From NCBI GenBank assembly GCA_021806125.1, contig JAJZYC010000001.1, positions 1 to 44,476 on the forward strand: 44,476 nt of DNA, read 5' to 3'. Positions 38,734 through 44,476 of this stretch are shown here, piece by piece. The stretch's first letter is position 1; each line of letters opens with the position of its first letter. The notes under the pieces are model-generated. The model had not been told where the DNA came from and did not search any database. It saw nothing but the letters and a program-made list of their open reading frames with translations. The DNA is from a bacterium (GTDB lineage Bacteria; SZUA-79; Acidulodesulfobacterales; Acidulodesulfobacteraceae). The translations under genes and the position numbers were made by a program.

Positions 38734-40158
38734 ATGAACGCGACCGATAAAAATAAAAAATTACTTTTAATAGACGACGAGAAGAATCTTCTCAGGGTCG
38801 TGAGCCTTAATCTTGCAAAATACGGGTTCTCGGTAGATACGGCTCTTAGCGCCGAAGAGGCGCTAAGGCTATTTAATAATAACAGTTATGATGCTATAAT
38901 TTGCGACCTTCGTCTTGGCGGTATGAGCGGCATAGAATTATTGACTAAAGTAAGAGATGCAGACAAAGAAAGAAATAAAAATACGGTATTTATCGTGATA
39001 ACGGCATTCGGAACGATTAAGCAGGCTGTTGAAGCAATAAAGCTCGGAGCTGACGATTTTATATCGAAGCCCGTGGATATAAGCAGCCTGGTAGAAAATA
39101 TAGATTTAGCCCTGCGGAGAAGGAATTATGCAAAAATAAACGATTTTGAACTTCAGAAAGATTTTGACTTAAATGAAAATATTTTTGAAGATTTTATTTT
39201 TAAAAGCTCTGCAATGAATGAAATTTTAAACGAGGTCAAGCTGACGTCAAAATCAGCCTCTAATGTTCTTATAACGGGAGAAACGGGAACAGGCAAGGAG
39301 GTGCTGGCAAAAGTTATCCATATTATTTCGGAAAGAAACGGAGAATTTGTTCCGATAAATTTGAGCGCAATTCCGGAAGGACTTATGGAAAGCGAACTTT
39401 TTGGATTTGAAAAGGGAGCATTTACCGGCGCCGTTGCAAGCAGGCAAGGAAAATTTGAAACGGCGAACGGCGGGACTCTTTTTTTGGATGAAATTGCTGA
39501 TATGCCCATATCTATGCAGGTGAAACTCCTAAGAGTAATTCAGGATAAGGAGTTTTCAAGAATAGGTTCTAACGAAAAAATAAAACTTAACGCAAAAATA
39601 ATATCCGCTACAAATATACCGTTAGAGAATGCCGTTATTGAAAGGAAGTTTAGGGAGGATCTTTTTTACAGAATTAATGTTCTGCATTTTAAAATTCCGC
39701 CTTTAAGGGAAAGAAAAGAAGATATTATCCCTCTTGCAAATTTTTTTGTTAAAAAATATTGCGTTATCAATAAAAAAAATATAAGCAATATAACCGATTC
39801 TGCTATAAATCTCTTGAAAAATTATACGTTTCCCGGAAACATAAGGGAGTTGGAAAACATAATTGAAAGAGCCGTAGTGGTTTCCACTTCGGATTCTATA
39901 ATGCCGGTTCATCTGCCGAAAACATTAGCTGAGGATAGCGGCGACGGTGATGCCGAAAAATTTAGATATGCCGACGCTGCTTCCGAAAACTATGATAATA
40001 AAATAAATATAAATCTTGACGGGCTTGAAATGGAGCTAATAAAGAATACTCTTGAAAAAAATAATTATAATCAAACCAAAACAGCTGCATCGCTAGGTAT
40101 TACCAGAAAAAGGCTTATCACAAAAATAAAAAAATATAATCTTTTTTCCGATAAATAA
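38734..40158 (+). CDS. Sigma-54-dependent response regulator (NtrC family: receiver + AAA+ + Fis-type HTH)
   Basis: 474 aa. LLIDDE..CDLRLGGMSG receiver, Walker A GETGTGKE, intact GAFTGA loop (FEKGAFTGA), LFLDEI, C-terminal HTH NQTKTAASLGITRKRL. Confidence 0.93.
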   Translation: MNATDKNKKLLLIDDEKNLLRVVSLNLAKYGFSVDTALSAEEALRLFNNNSYDAIICDLRLGGMSGIELLTKVRDADKERNKNTVFIVITAFGTIKQAVEAIKLGADDFISKPVDISSLVENIDLALRRRNYAKINDFELQKDFDLNENIFEDFIFKSSAMNEILNEVKLTSKSASNVLITGETGTGKEVLAKVIHIISERNGEFVPINLSAIPEGLMESELFGFEKGAFTGAVASRQGKFETANGGTLFLDEIADMPISMQVKLLRVIQDKEFSRIGSNEKIKLNAKIISATNIPLENAVIERKFREDLFYRINVLHFKIPPLRERKEDIIPLANFFVKKYCVINKKNISNITDSAINLLKNYTFPGNIRELENIIERAVVVSTSDSIMPVHLPKTLAEDSGDGDAEKFRYADAASENYDNKININLDGLEMELIKNTLEKNNYNQTKTAASLGITRKRLITKIKKYNLFSDK

Positions 40159-40223
40159 AATAAATTTAACCCATTTATATTTTAAACATATTTAACTCCG
40201 ATTTTTTTCTCCCATTTCTTTTT

Positions 40224-40276
40224 TTGTCCATTTCAGAACATTTAATATTAATATAGTTGTCCAAAAATGGACAACT
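40224..40276 (+). promoter_or_regulatory. Putative enhancer (UAS): perfect palindrome plus an upstream degenerate copy
   Basis: AGTTGTCCA-AAAA-TGGACAACT at 40255-40276 has perfect 9-bp arms. TTGTCCA-TTTC-AGAACAT at 40224-40241 is a degenerate copy about 33 bp upstream. The palindrome centre lies about 60 bp upstream of the -24 element. Confidence 0.55.
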
Positions 40277-40324
40277 ATAAAATTGCTATTCAAAGAAATA
40301 GAGGTTTCAAGCTATTTTTAAATA

Positions 40325-40340
40325 TGGCATTATTTTTGCA
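40325..40340 (+). promoter_or_regulatory. Sigma-54 -24/-12 promoter upstream of ccdA/soxV
   Basis: TGGCATTATTTTTGCA with GG and GC at canonical spacing, about 60 nt upstream of the ATG at 40399 and directly downstream of a sigma-54 activator gene. Confidence 0.65.
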
Positions 40341-40398
40341 TGTATAAGTTAGATTTGGTTTATTAAAATTACAAATATAAATATAAAAGGTGAATCAA

Positions 40399-41127
40399 AT
40401 GGGATTAGATTTAAACATTACGTTAGCCGTTGCTTTTTTCGGCGGCATACTTGCGTTTTTTTCTCCTTGCGTTATTCCTCTCATACCAGGCTATATATCT
40501 TTTATTAGCGGAGTCGGCATGGAAGGGTTAATTTCCGAAAAAAAAGACTATAAAATAATCCTTAAAGTTTTTATAGCGTCTATTTCTTTTGTTATCGGTT
40601 TTTCCATTATATTTGTTGCATTAGGAATGGGATCCGAAACAATTTTCGGCAATCTTCTGAAATCGCATCTCGGCTTAGTAAGAATTATAGGCGGCATAGT
40701 AATAATTATTTTCGGATTATACTGCATGGGAGTTTTTAAAATAGGCTTTTTAAACAGGGAACTAAATTTTCTTCCGTGGAAGAAAAAAGGAGGAATTATA
40801 TTCGGCTCTCTTTTTCTCGGAATTGCATTTGCGGTAGGCTGGACTCCCTGTATAGGACCGATTCTTGCGTCCATTCTTCTTTATACATCTATGGGCGCTT
40901 CCCTTGCAAAATCGGCCGAACTTTTGTCGGTATTCAGCATTGGGCTTGGAATACCGTTTATCCTAACGGGGCTTTTTATTACATATTTTATTGCCTTTTT
41001 TAAAAAAATAAAATCTCATCTTAATTTATTTTCCATAATTTCCGGGATTTTTTTGATATTAATGGGGATACTAACGCTTACCGGAAATTTTGAGGCTATT
41101 TCGCAATATATTATAGGTAAATTTTAA
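40399..41127 (+). CDS. ccdA: Cytochrome c biogenesis / thiol:disulfide transporter CcdA (SoxV-type)
   Basis: The track ORF opens at GTG 40390. The ATG at 40399 follows the SD AAAGGTGA. FFSPCVIPLIPGY and GWTPCIGPIL are the two conserved Cys-containing CcdA/DsbD motifs. Six TM helices. Confidence 0.9.
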   Translation: MGLDLNITLAVAFFGGILAFFSPCVIPLIPGYISFISGVGMEGLISEKKDYKIILKVFIASISFVIGFSIIFVALGMGSETIFGNLLKSHLGLVRIIGGIVIIIFGLYCMGVFKIGFLNRELNFLPWKKKGGIIFGSLFLGIAFAVGWTPCIGPILASILLYTSMGASLAKSAELLSVFSIGLGIPFILTGLFITYFIAFFKKIKSHLNLFSIISGIFLILMGILTLTGNFEAISQYIIGKF

Positions 41128-41241
41128 AATTATTATAATGAAGTTCAAGATAGGGCATAAGCCGCTAATCTACATCAGAATTTACATATAAAGGAAACAT
41201 CTAAACATTTTCTATTGCGGAATTAACCTAAGGAAATATAG

Positions 41242-41270
41242 TTGACAGCCATATAAAATAAAAGTATTAT
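41242..41270 (+). promoter_or_regulatory. Sigma-70-type promoter candidate in the ccdA-soxW gap
   Basis: TTGACA (41242-41247), 17-nt spacer, TATTAT (41265-41270), about 45 nt upstream of the soxW-like ATG. Confidence 0.35.
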
Positions 41271-41315
41271 AATTATATAATATTATAAAATACAATAATA
41301 TCAATATATAATAAT

Positions 41316-41855
41316 ATGTTAATATTAAAATATATAAATGTTGTAGCGGCAATATTATTTTTATCCGTATCGTTATCATTGATTTCGTCGTCGGGAAGAG
41401 CTTACGCCGGCGGTCAAAGCAATGCAAATTCGATAAATTGGGAAAACCTTACCGTGGCAATAAAAAATAACAAGTTGCATAAAAAAGTTTTTTTACTGCA
41501 CTTTTATTTCCCTACCTGCGGATATTGTATCAGGATGGACAAACATGTATTTAGCCGCAAAAGCGTAATAAATTTTGTCAATAAAAATTTTCATCCCGTA
41601 CTGATAAATATTTACGGCAATAAAAAGATTTTATATTTTAACGGCGCTTATTTAACGGAAAAGCAGTTGGCTGCAAAATTTAACATTACCGGAGTTCCGG
41701 CGGAGATTTTTTTTACCCCCCATTATCGTAAAATATTTCTGCTCCCGGGTTACTGGAAAAAAAGCGACTTTATGATGGTATCGAGTTGGGTTGCTTCAGG
41801 TAAATATAAAATAGAAAGTTTGAGAAAATTTTCGCAAAATTATAATAGTAGATGA
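41316..41855 (+). CDS. Periplasmic thioredoxin-fold protein (SoxW-like)
   Basis: 179 aa. Signal peptide (..GRAYA), CxxC redox motif FPTCGYCIRMD in a thioredoxin-like context, and a conserved cis-Pro region GVPAEIFF. Lies between ccdA and soxY. Confidence 0.75.
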   Translation: MLILKYINVVAAILFLSVSLSLISSSGRAYAGGQSNANSINWENLTVAIKNNKLHKKVFLLHFYFPTCGYCIRMDKHVFSRKSVINFVNKNFHPVLINIYGNKKILYFNGAYLTEKQLAAKFNITGVPAEIFFTPHYRKIFLLPGYWKKSDFMMVSSWVASGKYKIESLRKFSQNYNSR

Positions 41856-41913
41856 TGCTATCGAATTACTTTAATATTGTTAACTTTAATTATTTTTTAA
41901 GGAGGTTTTAAAA

Positions 41914-42435
41914 ATGGGTGACCATGTTTCAAGAAGGGATTTTATGAAAAAAACGGCCGCCGCCGCCGCTTTAATTATTGCAGGTCCGGCCGCCGGAGTT
42001 TTAAATGCAGAGAATGTTTTTGCGGCGGTTAAAAAGAAAAATTCTATTGCCCCTATCATTAAGTCTGATGTAAAAGAAATAGGAGGCAAAAATGTTATCT
42101 GGCTCGCAGAAGATTCTCCTGAGTACAAAAAAATGTTGCTGCCGAAGATTAATTTGCCGCTTATTGCCCAGAACGGAGGACTTGTTCCTTTAACTATCGA
42201 ATCTAAGTATCCTATGAAAAAAGGAAATTATATTAAGGCATTTCATGTTTTTGATTTTAACAATCCTATATCAAAAGTAGCTACGTTTAATTTGACCCCG
42301 GAAAACGGAAAGGCTTACATATCTACTAGAATTAAAATTCAGCAGGATTCTTACGTTCAGGTCGTTACTGAATTTTCGGACGGAAAAATGTTTGGCGGAA
42401 AAAAATATATAAAAGTTACGGTAGGCGGTTGCTGA
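41914..42435 (+). CDS. soxY: Sulfur carrier protein SoxY
   Basis: 173 aa. Twin-arginine signal SRRDFMKKTAAAAALI and a C-terminal carrier arm KVTVGGC-stop, with the active Cys as the last residue. Followed by soxZ. Confidence 0.88.
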   Translation: MGDHVSRRDFMKKTAAAAALIIAGPAAGVLNAENVFAAVKKKNSIAPIIKSDVKEIGGKNVIWLAEDSPEYKKMLLPKINLPLIAQNGGLVPLTIESKYPMKKGNYIKAFHVFDFNNPISKVATFNLTPENGKAYISTRIKIQQDSYVQVVTEFSDGKMFGGKKYIKVTVGGC

Positions 42436-42500
42436 TATTAGAATTTTTTAGAATGGATAAACGATAAATCATAACGAAATAATTAATAGGAGCGTATGAA

Positions 42501-42830
42501 ATGAAAATAGGAAGCATTATGGTAAGAGTACCGAGAAAGGTAAAGAAAGGTGAAATATTTAAAATAATGTCAATAGCAAAACACCCTATGGATACCGGTC
42601 TTGTTAAAAATCCAAAAACAGGAAAGATAATACCTATGTGGATTATTAATAAAGTAGATATTTATTACGATAAAAAATTGGTAACCAGTTGCGATTACGG
42701 AATTGCCGTTTCAGCAAACCCCTTTTTGGCATTTTATTTAAAAGCCGATAAAAAAGCGCCTTTAGAATTTGTTATGTACGATACCCACCGTAATATTTAC
42801 AAAAAAAAGGTAATGATAAATGTTGTTTGA
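42501..42830 (+). CDS. soxZ: Sulfur compound chelating protein SoxZ
   Basis: 109 aa. KKGEIFKIMSIAKHPMDTG matches the SoxZ signature (..HPMETG). Size and position after soxY fit. Confidence 0.88.
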   Translation: MKIGSIMVRVPRKVKKGEIFKIMSIAKHPMDTGLVKNPKTGKIIPMWIINKVDIYYDKKLVTSCDYGIAVSANPFLAFYLKADKKAPLEFVMYDTHRNIYKKKVMINVV

Positions 42831-42900
42831 ATAAAATTAATTTTTCGAATATTTTCCGATATTAACATTTAATAGACACAGTGTTATGGAGGGGGTTTAG

Positions 42901-43413
42901 TTGATGATTAATAAAAAAAAGAATATAGGACTTCAGGCATTTTTAATTATCATTTTAATCGCTGTATTTAGCGGAGCGGTTTTTTTTGCCGGTAGTTCTT
43001 ATGCGATAAAAATTCCCAAGGGACCCTTTTATATCCTGAAAGTTAAAAAAAGCTTCAAAAGCGCTCTTTTTGACCTCAAGCAAGGAATAGAAGACGCTAA
43101 TTTCAGCATACTTGCCGTCGCTCCTATATCAACGGGCATAAAGAGTATAGGCCATAAAATACCTCATCTTAAGGTAATTGATTTCTGCAACCTTCAGGAC
43201 GGCTACGACCTTTTAAAAAACGATTTGAACTACTCCGCATTTATGCCTTGCAGGATAGCTATATATAAAGACGGAAAATATACCGTTATGATATCTTTTC
43301 TTCCTACCTATTTTTCAAAATTTTACAAAAACACTCCGGAGCAGAAAAAAACCGTTATAAAAGTTACGAAACAGATAATCGGGATAATGGATTCCGTAAA
43401 GACAGGGTTTTAA
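42901..43413 (+). CDS. Exported DUF302-domain protein
   Basis: 170 aa (TTG at 42901 or ATG at 42904, after SD GGAGGGGG). N-terminal signal/anchor. VIDFCNLQDGYDLL..FMPCRIAIYKDGKYTVMISFLP matches the DUF302 pattern as I remember it (FCNP...lPCrvavye). Confidence 0.65.
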   Translation: MMINKKKNIGLQAFLIIILIAVFSGAVFFAGSSYAIKIPKGPFYILKVKKSFKSALFDLKQGIEDANFSILAVAPISTGIKSIGHKIPHLKVIDFCNLQDGYDLLKNDLNYSAFMPCRIAIYKDGKYTVMISFLPTYFSKFYKNTPEQKKTVIKVTKQIIGIMDSVKTGF

Positions 43414-43474
43414 TATTAATAAAAACTTACATAATTTATAATTTATTTGCAAAAAAGGGAGGATTACAAATTAA

Positions 43475-44476
43475 ATGGATTTAAAAACCGTTTCCAGAAG
43501 AAGTTTCATAAAGACCGCAGCTCTCCTTGCCGGAGCAGCTGCGGTCAATCCCGTTAATCTTCTAAAATTTAAACCCGTGGGTAATTTAACTATTATATGG
43601 AATTCCGATTCTCACGCGCATTTGAAGCCCACTCTTTACAGGGAGCCTTCCGTAAATATAGGCCCTCATTTTATGAACGGAAGACCCGGTCATCTCGTAG
43701 GAGATTCTTTCAACCTCTACTACGATATAAAACCTAAGTCCGCAATGGGATATTTCTGTTCATACGTAGATTTTTTAAAATTAAATAAAGAATACGGTCC
43801 AATGGGCGGTTACGCCCATATGGCAGCCGTATTCAACAAAATAAAAGAAGAAAGATACGGCAAGACCATAATGCTGGATACCGGCGATTCATGGCAGGGA
43901 ACCGGCATAGCATTGCTTACGAAAGGCATGGCGGTGGTAAACGTTCAGAATGCCATGGGATACGATGCTATGACCGGGCATTGGGAGTTTTCTTACGGTA
44001 AAAAACAGCTTTTATCCAATATAAAAAATCTAAAATTTCCATTTATTGCTCAAAATGTTACAAACGCCACATGGGGAGGTCTTATTTTTAAACCCTATAT
44101 AATCAAAGAAGTCAACGGATTAAGAGTAGGAATCATCGGGCAGGCGTTTCCGTATGTTCCTCTTGCGCATCCTTCGCATTTCGTTAAAAACTGGAACTTC
44201 GGCATTAACACGAGTCATGCCCAAAAGATGGTTAATAAACTGAAGAACGAAGAAAAAGTCGATTTAGTAGTCGTTCTTTCGCATAACGGACTTGAGGTCG
44301 ATAGAAAGTTTGCATCCCTTATCAACGGAATAGACATTATAGTCGGCGGGCATACCCACGACATACTTCCCGCCCCTCAGATTATAAACAATACCATAAT
44401 AGTTCAGGCAGGCACCCACGGAAAGTTCGTCGGCAGGATAGATTTAAACGTCAGAAATAAAAGAATAGTCGATTAC
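43475..44476 (+). CDS. soxB: Thiosulfohydrolase SoxB (N-terminal 334 codons; continues beyond the window end)
   Basis: Absent from the track because it is open at the 3' end. My translation gives MDLKTVSRRSFIKTAALLAGAAA (Tat signal), IIWNSDSHAHLKPTLYREPSVNIGP, LDTGDSWQGT, TGHWEF, LSHNG, GGHTHD: dinuclear metallophosphoesterase motifs in the SoxB arrangement. RBS AAGGGAGG. Confidence 0.88.
   Translation, partial: MDLKTVSRRSFIKTAALLAGAAAVNPVNLLKFKPVGNLTIIWNSDSHAHLKPTLYREPSVNIGPHFMNGRPGHLVGDSFNLYYDIKPKSAMGYFCSYVDFLKLNKEYGPMGGYAHMAAVFNKIKEERYGKTIMLDTGDSWQGTGIALLTKGMAVVNVQNAMGYDAMTGHWEFSYGKKQLLSNIKNLKFPFIAQNVTNATWGGLIFKPYIIKEVNGLRVGIIGQAFPYVPLAHPSHFVKNWNFGINTSHAQKMVNKLKNEEKVDLVVVLSHNGLEVDRKFASLINGIDIIVGGHTHDILPAPQIINNTIIVQAGTHGKFVGRIDLNVRNKRIVDY

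Noticed and set aside
28742-41427. Shadow ORFs in the second half of the window: 28742..29173, 30274..30519, 30780..30992, 31608..31799, 32225..32461, 32257..32496, 33960..34157, 35214..35549, 35256..35483, 35975..36169, 36588..36800, 37845..38066, 39153..39509, 39253..39447, 39703..39912, 40548..40874, 40776..41003, 41212..41427, 41886..42128
   Set aside because: Same reasoning. They overlap yebC, ruvA/B, lpxC, the OMP, the symporter, the HK/regulator, ccdA, soxW or soxY, and lack independent signals. 35214..35549 also runs through the symporter terminator and its 3' end.

Overview
AT-rich chromosomal segment from a Gram-negative (diderm) bacterium; lpxC, a TolC-family gene and a beta-barrel OMP support the diderm call. 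Most of it is core housekeeping plus energy and sulfur metabolism. There are no CRISPR arrays, IS elements, integrases or phage genes. In window order: (1) a minus-strand cysE / Rrf2 regulator / NifS-type cysteine desulfurase / mnmA / MtaB-like operon; (2) an LTxxQ (CpxP/Spy/ZraP-like) periplasmic protein with an OmpR-type two-component system; (3) a small decayed patch holding a secreted repeat protein broken by a TGA and a 1-nt deletion, and a sulfotransferase-like gene with two in-frame stops; (4) a MacAB-TolC type efflux operon; (5) rimO; (6) a seven-gene hdrC-hdrB-hdrA-mvhD(flxD)-flxC-flxB-flxA cluster; (7) an archaeal-type threonyl-tRNA synthetase; (8) tig-clpP-clpX, hup, three tRNAs (Val-TAC, Asp-GTC, Leu-TAG), yebC-ruvCAB, lpxC; (9) a large OMP; (10) a sodium:solute symporter with a small membrane partner; (11) a sensor kinase plus sigma-54 (NtrC-type) response regulator, followed by a -24/-12 promoter with a palindromic upstream site and a sox cluster: ccdA/soxV, thioredoxin/soxW, soxY, soxZ, a DUF302 protein and soxB (cut by the window end). 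The points most worth follow-up are the sigma-54/two-component control of the sox cluster and its non-canonical parts (DUF302 protein, SoxY ending at the Cys), the Flx-Hdr cluster sitting in a Sox-encoding genome, the archaeal-type ThrRS, a second sigma-54-type promoter in front of lpxC, and the two pseudogenes. All product calls rest on motifs I recognised by eye in the translations. No database search was run.
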